A stretch of DNA of 64,000 bases, from the NCBI GenBank assembly GCA_965248755.1, contig OZ252149.1:1952001-2016000 (forward strand). The letters run 5' to 3'. Source of the stretch: Candidatus Latescibacterota bacterium. Lineage in GTDB: Bacteria; Latescibacterota; CBDEFO01. Below, piece after piece: positions 9,960 through 19,554 of this stretch (position 1 is its first letter; each line of letters opens with the position of its first letter). Position numbers and translations under genes: made by a program. A model generated the notes under the pieces. The model was not told where the DNA came from. It was given only the letters and a program-made list of their open reading frames with translations, and did not search any database.

Positions 9960-11672
9960 CTACGGACTACTGTCTACTTTCTTTTGGGTCCACCAGGTAA
10001 AATCCACGTCCTCAAAGAGGCTGTCCTGTTTCTTACAGGACTCCAAGAATGCCTTATCTTCGTCGGTTATTTCTTTGTTCTTTTCGGCCATATCACAGAG
10101 GCGTTTGAAGTTCTCATAGTGCAGACTTGTCCTCGCCTCAGCGTAATTCCTTGCGTGCCATGTGCTGATTAAAAACTGCCAGTCACTGCTTTGCAAAAGG
10201 AGGAGTTCCACAGCCGCCTGGTCTAATATCTCTTTTAGTTGCCTGTTTTCCGTCCCTTCGAATTTACCAGCCAGCTCTTCGAACCTTTCTTCTGCCTCGT
10301 AGATGTACTTCCACGTCCATTTGGTCCAATCGTTCAGCCATATATAGTGAAATCCTCCTTCGCCCCAACTGCCTTCAGGTATGTGCACAACCGCTTTGGG
10401 GCTGTGACTTTCAAGGTACTCACCGCAGGTGGCTAGGTCAATTTGGCTATCGTTGTGGAGCTTCTTTAGGACTCTGTAGATCCACCTTGGACCCTCAAAC
10501 CACCAGTGACCGAAGAGTTCTCCGTCGTAGGGAGCGACTATGATCCCTTCGTCCTCATTGTAATCGGATAGTATCCCCTTAGCAAGCTCCACAAAGTGAT
10601 CGGTTTGATTTTCCAAGATTTCATCTATCCTTGCTGGCTCGTACTCTTGTTTGTCGCCTAAATCAGCGTTAGTGTCTGTTACCCTCCAGTATCTGTGTCC
10701 TCCCGGAAAGTGTTTTTTGTGAAAGTCCAGATAGTCGCCGTCCCCCGGATAACCCGATTCACCGCTCCAGACCTGAAGTGCTGTCTTTGGGTCTCTGGCA
10801 AATATGGCGACAGGCTTGTTCCCTCCCGGCGAACTTGCCAGATAGTAGGCGTAAGGTGTTTTTTCTCTATCCTCCTCTTTGGGCTGATAAGATCTGGCGA
10901 ACTGCTCCCACAATCTCTTGAGGCCCTCAAACCTGTCTATATAGACGCCTACAGCTTTCCCTCCTCTCAGAAGGTGCGAATCTATTATAAAATACTCTAT
11001 CCCCTCATCGAAAAGGAATTCCTCCACTCCCGCTCTTAAGGTTTTCTGACCTCCGCCCTCTTCAAGGGGCGATGCCCACTCGTATCTGGGTCTGTAAGCG
11101 CACTCTGGGAGCCAGATCCCTCGGGGTCTTCTCCCGAAATGCCTTTCGTAGGTAGTCACTCCCCCTCGTATCTGAGCTCGTACCGAAGAATCCCTCCCCA
11201 GAAGGGGGAGATAGCCGTGTGTGGCAGCCGATGTGATGATCTCTATATGCCCGTCGTCCTGGAGCTTTCTGAACGCGCTTGTGATGTCTGTGTTATATCT
11301 GTTCTCAAAATGATCTCCTACCCTCTCGTAGAAGTCGATCCAAAATTGCGCAAGATACGCTTTGTGACCGTCTCCGTATCTTTGGAATTCATCCCTATCG
11401 GTCTGAGCCGACTCTATCTTCTGCTTAAGGTATTCCTCGAAGTTCTGCTTGAATCTTCTGTCCTTAAGCTGCTCGCATAAAACCGGGGTCAAGCCCACTG
11501 TGATCTTGGGAGAAATGCCTTCAGCTTCAAGGTCGTACAGCGCATCCAGGACGGGGATATAGGTCTCCGAAGCGGCCTCATTCAGCCAATCTAAGCCGTG
11601 AGGCCATTTTCCGTGCGATATGACGTAGGGAAGATGATTATGCAAAACCAAAGCGAGATAACTTTTTGCCAT
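9960..11672 (-). CDS. GH57 1,4-alpha-glucan branching enzyme (DUF1957)
   Basis: HNHLPYV, WLPECAY, DGELFGHWWFEGP and QSSDWQF motifs. Confidence 0.92.
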   Translation of the reverse strand: MAKSYLALVLHNHLPYVISHGKWPHGLDWLNEAASETYIPVLDALYDLEAEGISPKITVGLTPVLCEQLKDRRFKQNFEEYLKQKIESAQTDRDEFQRYGDGHKAYLAQFWIDFYERVGDHFENRYNTDITSAFRKLQDDGHIEIITSAATHGYLPLLGRDSSVRAQIRGGVTTYERHFGRRPRGIWLPECAYRPRYEWASPLEEGGGQKTLRAGVEEFLFDEGIEYFIIDSHLLRGGKAVGVYIDRFEGLKRLWEQFARSYQPKEEDREKTPYAYYLASSPGGNKPVAIFARDPKTALQVWSGESGYPGDGDYLDFHKKHFPGGHRYWRVTDTNADLGDKQEYEPARIDEILENQTDHFVELAKGILSDYNEDEGIIVAPYDGELFGHWWFEGPRWIYRVLKKLHNDSQIDLATCGEYLESHSPKAVVHIPEGSWGEGGFHYIWLNDWTKWTWKYIYEAEERFEELAGKFEGTENRQLKEILDQAAVELLLLQSSDWQFLISTWHARNYAEARTSLHYENFKRLCDMAEKNKEITDEDKAFLESCKKQDSLFEDVDFTWWTQKKVDSSP

Positions 11673-11697
11673 TAAAATCGTCTCCTAACCTTAAATG

Positions 11698-11828
11698 AGT
11701 AGACAGGCAAAAGCGTAGCCACAAAGACACTAATGTTTTATCTCTTTGTGCATCTTTGTGTCTTGGTGCCTTAGTGGCTAATGGGAGGTGGTGTCCCTGT
11801 TTACTGACTACTGTCTACTGTTTACTAT
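11698..11828. repeat. Intergenic repeat cluster: GTAGACAG / CTACTGT heptads around a GCCACAAAGACACTAA...TTAGTGGC inverted repeat
   Basis: TAGCCACAAAGACAC pairs with CTTTGTGTCTT...TTAGTGGCTA; tandem ACTACTGTCTACTGTTTACTA. Confidence 0.65.
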
Positions 11829-11829
11829 T

Positions 11830-13284
11830 TTATACTTCTTTTTCCTTCCATTTGCCTCTCTTGAACCAGTATATCATTAACGACCCTCTAACAATCCCTG
11901 TGACGCTGATGGCCCACCAGACGCCGTTTATGCCCAGGGGGATCGAAAAATAATGTGCAAGGGGGATTCTGGCTATAGTCAACGGAACCGAAATTACGGT
12001 TGGCGGGATAGTATCTCCCGCTCCTCCGAACGCTCCCTCCAAAACCGATTCAATTCCCATGAAGATCTCCGCGATTGCGATGATCTTTAGATAATTGGAG
12101 CCAATTCTTACAACTTCCGAATCCGATATAAAAATCGAGATAATGTAAGCCGGCAAGGTAAGATATATGACGGCGAAAAAACCGTTTATTACCGAAAGTA
12201 TGCCACAGGTCTGCCAGGCTGTGGACTCTGCTCTTCGGGGTTTTCCCGCTCCCATGTTCTGTCCTACCAGAGTCGAAACTGCTGTGGAAAACGCTATGGC
12301 TATCATGTAGGATATAGACTGGACCTTATGTCCTGCTCCGAGAGCCGCTACTGCCTCTGTCCCGAATTTAGTTGTGATTTTGGTCAAGAACATGAAGACG
12401 ATGCATATCAAAAATCCCGCTACAGCTACCGGTATGCCTATCCTCAGTATCCTCCACATCAACTTCAAGTCGAGCTTTTTAGCGCCAAACGATATTGGGA
12501 TTGTCTTGGCTCTGCTCAAGAGGATGTAGAAAGCCACGATGATTCCTGCCGCTCTGGAGATGACAGTAGCAAGGGCGGCCCCCGCCACTTCCAGCCTTGG
12601 AAAGGGTCCCAGGCCGAAGATCAAAAATGGGTCCAGTGCGGCATTCAAAAGGACCGACATAAAGAGCACTTTCATAGGAGTCTTCGTATCACCGCTTCCC
12701 CGAAAGATAGCATTTATCGTCGTAAAGAGGAAGATCGTTGAGACTCCCCCAAACATCGTGCGCAGGTACCCTGTACCCATGGAGGTTACATCTTCGGCAG
12801 TGCCCATAAGGTCAAAAAGAGAAAAGCTGAAGTAAAGCCCCAGAGTCCCCACGATCGCAGAAAATATGACACAAAGGAGTAACCCATGGCCGGCCACGTA
12901 GGAAGCCGTCTTTGTGTCCCCTGACCCTGTAAACCGCGCCACCATTGCTGTTACTCCTACGGCGATCATCTCCGTCAGTGCAAATACGCTCCAGACTACG
13001 AATCCGGCAGTGCTGACAGCCGCCAGGGCAGCCGGACCCAATCTCCCGACCCAAATGGCATCTACTATATTGAAGGCGGTCTGAAGGAGCATAGAGACCA
13101 CGATGGGCCATGCTAAAAACACTATGTTTTTAGATATGTTCCCTGTAATTAGTCTGTTATCCGCAGTCTTTTGCAATGTTTCTTGCAAAGCTTCTTTCCT
13201 CTGTTTATAAAGAATATTTGCTGTATCTTCTTTGCTTGATAGTCGACTCCCTGTCTGATACTTTGTCGCATCAAATAATAACAA
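11830..13284 (-). CDS. MATE family efflux transporter (true start probably downstream of 13284)
   Basis: RGSGDTKTP, GQNMGAG and GAGDT repeats; about 12 TM helices. Confidence 0.9.
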   Translation of the reverse strand: MLLFDATKYQTGSRLSSKEDTANILYKQRKEALQETLQKTADNRLITGNISKNIVFLAWPIVVSMLLQTAFNIVDAIWVGRLGPAALAAVSTAGFVVWSVFALTEMIAVGVTAMVARFTGSGDTKTASYVAGHGLLLCVIFSAIVGTLGLYFSFSLFDLMGTAEDVTSMGTGYLRTMFGGVSTIFLFTTINAIFRGSGDTKTPMKVLFMSVLLNAALDPFLIFGLGPFPRLEVAGAALATVISRAAGIIVAFYILLSRAKTIPISFGAKKLDLKLMWRILRIGIPVAVAGFLICIVFMFLTKITTKFGTEAVAALGAGHKVQSISYMIAIAFSTAVSTLVGQNMGAGKPRRAESTAWQTCGILSVINGFFAVIYLTLPAYIISIFISDSEVVRIGSNYLKIIAIAEIFMGIESVLEGAFGGAGDTIPPTVISVPLTIARIPLAHYFSIPLGINGVWWAISVTGIVRGSLMIYWFKRGKWKEKEV

Positions 13285-13419
13285 TGGCTGAAGACAAAGT
13301 CAATCGAAATGCAGAAACATTCCACAAATCCTTAAGTACAGTTGACCTCTGGCAAGATCGGGGCAGCTTTAGGAACACAATTCATAAGGAAAGGTTGAAA
13401 CGCTCTTCATAAGGAAGAT

Positions 13420-13704
13420 TAAGATGTAGTGGCATAGAGTGTGGCCACTGCAAGCTGACGGTGCGTGAGGAATTGCCGGGGCAACAAAAAGGTCGTAGGT
13501 GACCTTGCCATCCCCGATCGATTCTATCGGGGAAGAACTTTTTGGGGGACAAAGGAATTGGAGGTCTTAAAAAAAGCCGTGGCAGATGATAAAAGCGGAA
13601 AAGTAAAGATCACTGTCGAAAATGAAGGTGCTCCTGACGCAGATCTAATTGGAAATCTGAACACGCACGATATTCCCAGCAATTCTAGTGCCGGACGAAG
13701 CTAG
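13420..13704 (+). pseudogene. Possible degraded heavy-metal-associated (HMA/CopZ-like) gene
   Basis: SGIECGHCKLTVREEL resembles GMxCxxC; the frame breaks afterwards and the segment contains palindrome copy 2. Confidence 0.35.
13511..13533. repeat. Palindrome copy 2
   Basis: TCCCCGAT CGATTCT ATCGGGGA. Confidence 0.85.
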
Positions 13705-14675
13705 GTGATTAGCTGATTTGCAAGCTCACGGTACTTCCCGGCGAGTGTTGGAAGCCTCTGTGTGTCACGTTCAATCATCGACGCGACTTTGGGCTGCACC
13801 GTCAATCGATCTTCGAGGAATACAGAACTGCACGCTTTACGAAGGTAATTAACGAATCCAAGCTTCAAGTCTTCGCGCGTCAGTGCTGCTCGCTTTCTGT
13901 ACGCGTGTATGAAGTGAGACGCCTTTTACACGTTCGAAGGGCCAAAACCTGAATTGAAGCACGCAAGCATTATGAACATCACCACATCCTCGACTGCGTG
14001 ACCAGTCCGAACGTGTTCGAGGTCAAGCAGGGCGGTCACATCACCATCGCTGTTGAATAGCAGGTTCTCGTTATGGTAGTCACCATGGATTAGCGTGGAT
14101 GACCCAACCGCCATATTTTCAGCTTCTCGAAGTCTCGTCAGTATTTTCGACTTAATCGTCAATAAACGGGTGACGAGATCTGCACTGTCTTTCCGTTGGA
14201 ATTTCCGCAATGTTCGATGCAAGCGTCTAATTGCGGTCGAATGGTCTGTGCGCTGCTGATCCGAAGACTCAAGACGCAGGCAAGAGTACCCGCGGAGCTC
14301 GTGCAGCTTGACCAAGAGTCCTGCAGCTTTGCTGAGCGAGTTCTGTGTTAGCGAGCGTTCGTGCAGCGTAATGCCAGGGACTAATGGGTAAAGTGCGTAC
14401 AGTCTTCCGTGAATGACAGCATGACGGCCACCGGTGACGCTTTTAACAGGCTCAACAAAAGGTATGTCGTTGTTCTTAAGGAATATAGTAACTGCCTCAA
14501 GTCTCAGTGCCCTTGCTACTGAACCCTGATATCGTTTCAGAATAAGCTCACGCTCACCACATCTGACGACGTAGTTTTCTGCGGATACGCCACCCGCATA
14601 CTTAACGACACTGATGTCCGAGGTAGCGTATTTCTCGCACAACTCCCGCATTATACTGTGGCCCAAATATCTCAT
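13701..14675 (-). pseudogene. APH / homoserine kinase type II-like phosphotransferase with an internal TAA at 13926-13928
   Basis: HGDYHNENLLF and LLDLE motifs; the frame stays open for about 74 codons after the TAA, to a TAG at 13701. Confidence 0.7.
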
Positions 14676-14816
14676 CGTGTCCCTGCGTTCGCGAGGATCA
14701 TCTCGGGGACACGGCATTCCCTGGCCATGGCCCACTTTCCGCGGTAAACTCCAAGATCAAGTTTCTGATCTAATATGCGACTTCTCCCTATAAAAGCTAA
14801 GGTACTGCATAACTAA

Positions 14817-15187
14817 GGTTGCACTAATTTAGCTCTTGGACAGCTTATTGATAGAGTAGTTTTCTAATAAGTGGAAGGAGATTTTCGTGGCGATGGTTGA
14901 AGCGCCACTCGAGTTCTTTAAGATAAAGGTGGAAGTAGTTCTTGTCAATACCTCCCCGATAGAATCAATCGGGGATCGCTGGTAAAGCCAGTGTTTGGCA
15001 TATGACCAGAAGCCTTCCACTCCATTGAGGTGATCTCTTCCTTTAGCTATTCCTTTCTCTTTGGGCACTACCACATGATTGCCACTGATAGAAAGGGAGG
15101 CATAGGCTATCCAATCAACAGTATAATATAAGCTCCCTGGTTTGGTGTGTTGGGCAATAAGAGGAAGCAGTGACTTTCGACTCCTTG
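14817..15187 (-). mobile_element. IS1595 (ISXO2-like) 3' remnant, cut by IS256 and interrupted by palindrome copy 3
   Basis: HLNGVEGFWSYAKHWL...GIDKNYFHLYLKELEWRFNHR motif across a frameshift. Confidence 0.85.
14953..14975. repeat. Palindrome copy 3
   Basis: TCCCCGAT AGAATCA ATCGGGGA. Confidence 0.9.
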
Positions 15188-16534
15188 GGGTGTGTAAGGA
15201 AATTTGTGTAAATGGGGAAATGAGTTATATTAGTTGGCCACCATTTACATAAGGAGTTCTTACATGGACAAGCTAGACCCGAAGTTGATTGATGAGCTTT
15301 TGAAGGACTACAAGAAGCCGGAAGACATAATTGGTGAGGAAGGTCTTTTGAAGCAGTTGACGAAGGCGATTCTTGAGCGGGCTCTGGAGTCAGAGCTTAC
15401 GTATGAGTTAGGCTACGATAAGAGTTCTCCAGAAGGGAGGAACAGCGGTAATTCGCGCAACGGTAGGAGCACAAAGGGATTGAAGACAGATTATGGTGAT
15501 CTGGAGATATCGGTGCCACGGGATCGGAACAGTCAGTTTGATCCGCAGATAGTGAGGAAGGGGCAGAGGCGATTTACAGGTTTTGATGATAAGATACTGT
15601 CTATGTATGCCCGAGGGATGACCACACGTGATATACAGGCTCATTTGGAGGAGATATACGGTGTAGAGGTGTCCCCTGATTTGATATCGACTGTGACCGA
15701 TGGGATCATATCAGAGGTGAAGCAGTGGCAGGATCGTCCTTTTGAAGGGGTGTATCCCATAGTATTCTTTGATTCTCTGGTGATGAAGATTAGAGACGAA
15801 GGCCGGATCGTAAACAAGGCGGTGTATCTTGCGGTAGGGGTCGGTCTGGATGGGATGAAAGACGTTTTGGGTATCTGGATTGCAAAGAGCGAGGGGGCGA
15901 AGTTCTGGCTGCAAGTTTTCACGGAGCTTAAGAATCAGGGGATGAACGATGTGTTGATAGCTTGCGTGGATGGTCTCCAGGGTCTTCCAGAGGCTATTGA
16001 ATCCGTATTTCCCCAAGCAGAGGTCCAGCTCTGTATTGTCCATGTGGTGAGGAATTCCTTGAAGTTCGTGTCGTATAAGGACCGTAAGGAGATTGCCGCC
16101 GACCTCAAGAATATATACCGAGCCCCCACGGTAGAACAGGCTGAAGAGGCCCTTGGAGATTTTCAGGAGGCTTGGGACAGCCGTTATCCGATGATAAGTA
16201 AATCGTGGCAGAATAACTGGTCTCGGATCATCCCGTTTTTCGCCTACTCTGAAGAGATCCGAAGGGTGATCTATACCACAAACGCCATCGAATCGCTTAA
16301 TAACTCTCTACGGAAAGTAATAAAGAACAGAAATAGCTTCCCAAACGACGAGGCAGCGATTAAGTTACTCTATATGGCACTCGAGAATATCAAGAAAAAA
16401 TGGACGATGCCGATCAGGAACTGGAGCTTGGCCATTCACCAATTCTCCATCCACTTCGAGGGGAGATTTGGTATAGAATAAGCCGAAAAGGGTACAGAAG
16501 AAAATCCCATTTACACAAAAAAACTGACAGACCC
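15188..16534 (+). mobile_element. IS256-family insertion sequence
   Basis: TIRs GGGTGTGTAAGGAAATTTGTGTAAATGGG and CCCATTTACACAAAAAAACTGACAGACCC; no TSD visible. Confidence 0.9.
15264..16481 (+). CDS. IS256 transposase
   Basis: VPRDR, DGLQG, QLCIVH and YTTNAIESLN motifs; AAGGAG RBS. Confidence 0.95.
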   Translation: MDKLDPKLIDELLKDYKKPEDIIGEEGLLKQLTKAILERALESELTYELGYDKSSPEGRNSGNSRNGRSTKGLKTDYGDLEISVPRDRNSQFDPQIVRKGQRRFTGFDDKILSMYARGMTTRDIQAHLEEIYGVEVSPDLISTVTDGIISEVKQWQDRPFEGVYPIVFFDSLVMKIRDEGRIVNKAVYLAVGVGLDGMKDVLGIWIAKSEGAKFWLQVFTELKNQGMNDVLIACVDGLQGLPEAIESVFPQAEVQLCIVHVVRNSLKFVSYKDRKEIAADLKNIYRAPTVEQAEEALGDFQEAWDSRYPMISKSWQNNWSRIIPFFAYSEEIRRVIYTTNAIESLNNSLRKVIKNRNSFPNDEAAIKLLYMALENIKKKWTMPIRNWSLAIHQFSIHFEGRFGIE

Positions 16535-16705
16535 ATCAGAAGCTATATTCTTCTGCAAAAACGCTTTGACAGAGTCTGCATCTACCAACAGTTGCTTTCC
16601 TTCCTTCTTATACACGAAGAACCCTTTTTCACAGTATCTCCTCACCTGTCTGTCGGTTTTTCCTAGAAGGACTGAAGTTGTTTCTGTAGTCAGGTATCTA
16701 GCCAT
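16535..16705 (-). pseudogene. Excisionase/HTH_17-like DNA-binding protein, 3' end cut by IS256
   Basis: MARYLTTETTSVLLGKTDRQVRRYCEKG HTH pattern; AAGGAA upstream. Confidence 0.6.
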
Positions 16706-16757
16706 TTTTCAGCTTCCTTTCTGTGAATCCACCGGTTTCACGTTGTCTCTTTCTGAT

Positions 16758-17436
16758 TCAAAGGTTTCTAATGATGTCCTTAAAACGGTCTATCTCTCCC
16801 CCTATAAGAGGCTTGGTGAAATACGCCAACACCCCCGGGCATCCACGCCCATCCACAATACTCCGGTAGTCCTTTAAGTAGCTGAGGAAAATTATCGGGA
16901 TGTCCTGGATCGTTTCTATTTTAGACCTTTGCCAAGCCATCTTAATACCATCCAAACGGGAGAGGTCAACATCAGAGATGACCAAGGTCTGGATCCTCCC
17001 GTTCCATTACATCTAACGCCTTCTCTCCGTCCTCAACTGTCAACACCTCAGCTCCCAGTTCCTGCAGAATAGTAGTGATCTGTCGTACAGCAATCGGACT
17101 GTCATCTACGATTAGCACTTTCAACCAACTGTCTTGCAACCTCTCCGTAACATGTACTTGCTCACCTTCCGGACACGAGTCACCTGTCGGAACTTGTCTA
17201 GGGTCTCTGTCCTTACCTACAGTATTTATGATGCTTATCTCCTGTATAAGGTTACTTCTTGAACCTTCGACATCTTTCAGAACATCTGCTGTTCGGAATC
17301 GCAGTTCATCGCCGTGATCGCCTTTAACATACCTGCTTCGATATTGCTTTTTCCAAGCACGGCGACGGACGTTCTGATCACAAGCTCCTGTTAAATCAAC
17401 AGCTTCTTTCACCGTTAGCCATTTCTTGGTTATCAT
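16758..17436 (-). CDS. N-terminal HTH fused to a response-regulator receiver domain, frameshifted at about 16985
   Basis: WLTVKEAVDLTG..VRRR HTH; VLIVDD, PDL/VISD, DG, IFLS and KP receiver motifs across two frames. Confidence 0.7.
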
Positions 17437-17488
17437 AATGTACTCCTCTCAGTTGGGGCTTTTATTACCCTGGTCTAGGGTGGATTCG

Positions 17489-17516
17489 ATGTCGTATAAC
17501 CCGAATTATACGACAT
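17489..17516. other. dif-like tyrosine-recombinase site (11-6-11)
   Basis: ATGTCGTATAA CCCGAA TTATACGACAT: perfect 11-bp arms, ATAA-N6-TTAT core, about 50 bp from the recombinase stop. Confidence 0.7.
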
Positions 17517-17567
17517 TCTATTTTCTCCTTTGCAATCCAAGGGCCTCATATATTAGAGAATAAAATT

Positions 17568-17776
17568 TTATTCCTCGGGTGCATCTAACCTTCTGATAAT
17601 CTCCCGCTTTTGTTTTGGGTCTGGGTGCAAATATAGGGATGAGGTTTCAATACTTTCGTGGCCCAGGAGCTCCTTAACATCAATAATGCGGCCACCGCTG
17701 TGTAATAAGCTGGTCGCAAAAGTATGCCTGCATTTGTGAGGGCTTATATCCTTCTGAATCCTAGCCTCCTGAAAGC
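17568..17776 (-). pseudogene. C-terminal fragment of a XerC/D-like tyrosine recombinase
   Basis: PHKCRHTFAT, LLGH and catalytic Tyr (SLY); N-terminus replaced by an IS3 derivative. Confidence 0.85.
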
Positions 17777-18349
17777 TGACGTGAACCCATTTTTCTGAGC
17801 ACGAAATCGGACGGGTTAAGCAAGTTTTTTGCAATTTTGTGCTCCATGCTGTGCCTTGAATTCTCCAGGCGTCAGATAACCCAGTGCTGAGTGGATACGC
17901 TGATCATTGAAACCACATCCAGAAAGTGACTCAAATGCACCAAAGCGTCCTCAAAATGCACGTATTCTTGCTGCCATACTTCCTCATCCTTCAGATGACC
18001 AATCGCGCTTTCTACAAACGGGTTCTCCCAAGCTTTGGCCTTAGATGCCATGCTTATCTCGGTATTTACTTCCCCAAGCACCTTACGGTAGCCAGCCTCC
18101 GTGTATTGAGACCCCCGATCCGAATGGTGTATCTCCGGTCGGTGTCCTTTCTTGAATGCTTTGGAAAGTTCTTCTTGGGGCAAGGCACAAGACAGACTAC
18201 GACTCAAAGCCCAACCCCGTATCATACGGGTAAAGATAGCTAAAAGCAGAGCTTAGATGACATGGCAACCCCCTTTGGGACTCTTTTTAAACTCTTACAT
18301 GATTATAAAGCTTGTTAAGCCATCTGTCCAGTTCTTGGGGTTCACGTCA
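17777..18349 (-). mobile_element. Internally deleted IS3-family element (573 bp) retaining both TIRs
   Basis: TGACGTGAACCC at 17777 and its inverse GGGTTCACGTCA ending at 18349; HHSDRGSQY and ENPFVES integrase-core fragment. Confidence 0.8.
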
Positions 18350-18692
18350 CTAAGAGGGTAAGATAAATCCGAAGAAAACAGCAAATTGTTTTCCGCTTTC
18401 CCTTAAACCTTCTTGCCTTCTGTTTAAACAGCTTTTTCAACCTCAATAATTCTGTCTCATTGAAGATTCTAAAGTTACTCTCGGGCTCTCTCCTAGGCAT
18501 TTGGAAGCAGCCCTGTTTCTCCCAATCTTTATAAGTGGTTCTTGAAATATGCAGAGCTTCACACACATCTTTAGTCTTGTATTTGTCCTTCTTGCTGATC
18601 TGCAAATCGTCAACAAACAGCCTGTCTTGCAGTCTGAACTCCCTAAACTTTTCATAGGTAGTAATGTCCTCGTAGTCGCTAGAACATAACAA
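18350..18692 (-). CDS. MerR-type HTH protein (start uncertain, possibly a fragment)
   Basis: YKTKDVCEALHISRTTYKDWEKQG...PRR...NFRIFNETEL MerR signature. Confidence 0.7.
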
Positions 18693-19467
18693 CAGGATGG
18701 ATTCCTTACGCTTCTAGTTGGTGCTGGGAAACTAAACACTATCTTGAAGGTTCCATATTAACTTGCTCGGGAGATGATGCCTGAATCTTGGTAAAAAGGG
18801 TACTCTTCAGAGTTGTCGGCGGTTATTGTTAGCCCGAGCGAACCACTGCACAATTTCATTGACATTCACAATCTTATTTTGTATCTTCCTACCTAATTAG
18901 CCTATACCTTTGTAACCTTACCTTTCGAATATGATACGCATATAGAATTTTAAATTAGATCCTGACAGACATAGATTTGCTATAGCAAGTCCTAAAACAA
19001 AGACCGTTTAGAATACTGAAAAAACCGAACTTTCTGGGTAGTAGGAAGAGATCTCTAGAATCCCTCTTTTGTGTCGCTAAGTACAACAAATTAGGTAGTG
19101 TTGTAGGGACTGTGACAGAAGATATCATAATCAAATACATTTTCTCTAGTCGTGGTGGAAAAGCCCTATAGCAAAATCCAGTTTGGGTAATCTGCCTGGA
19201 AAAAGGAGGACCTGAGGTAATTTGAAGGTCCTTCAGCAGGTCGGAAGACGATGGACGGTTTACATCACTCAGGGCATATCCAAGCGGCTTGATTTGGGCT
19301 GCCTCCACTGACAACGCCTCGCTGTTGCAAAGGCCCTTGGGACCCTTTAGGGAAAAGTCGATCTTCCAAATCCCCAGCAGATAGACTGTAAGACCAAAGA
19401 TAGGAAGCACGCCCAGGTATGGCTCATTACGAATGCTAACGATTCATGAATTTGGTCATTTTTCGCT

Positions 19468-19497
19468 TGACAAACCGGTGATTCCTGTGTATATTTG
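19468..19497 (+). promoter_or_regulatory. Putative sigma70 promoter for the Rrf2 gene
   Basis: TTGACA, 17 bp, then TATATT. Confidence 0.5.
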
Positions 19498-19554
19498 AAA
19501 AACAGAAAAATAAGGTGCCTTTTCTGATTTAGAATAGCAATTACCTGAAACCTT

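Noticed and set aside
18955..19410. 151-aa minus-strand ORF
   Set aside because: No recognisable motif or RBS, and it spans a composition change; probably spurious or a relic.
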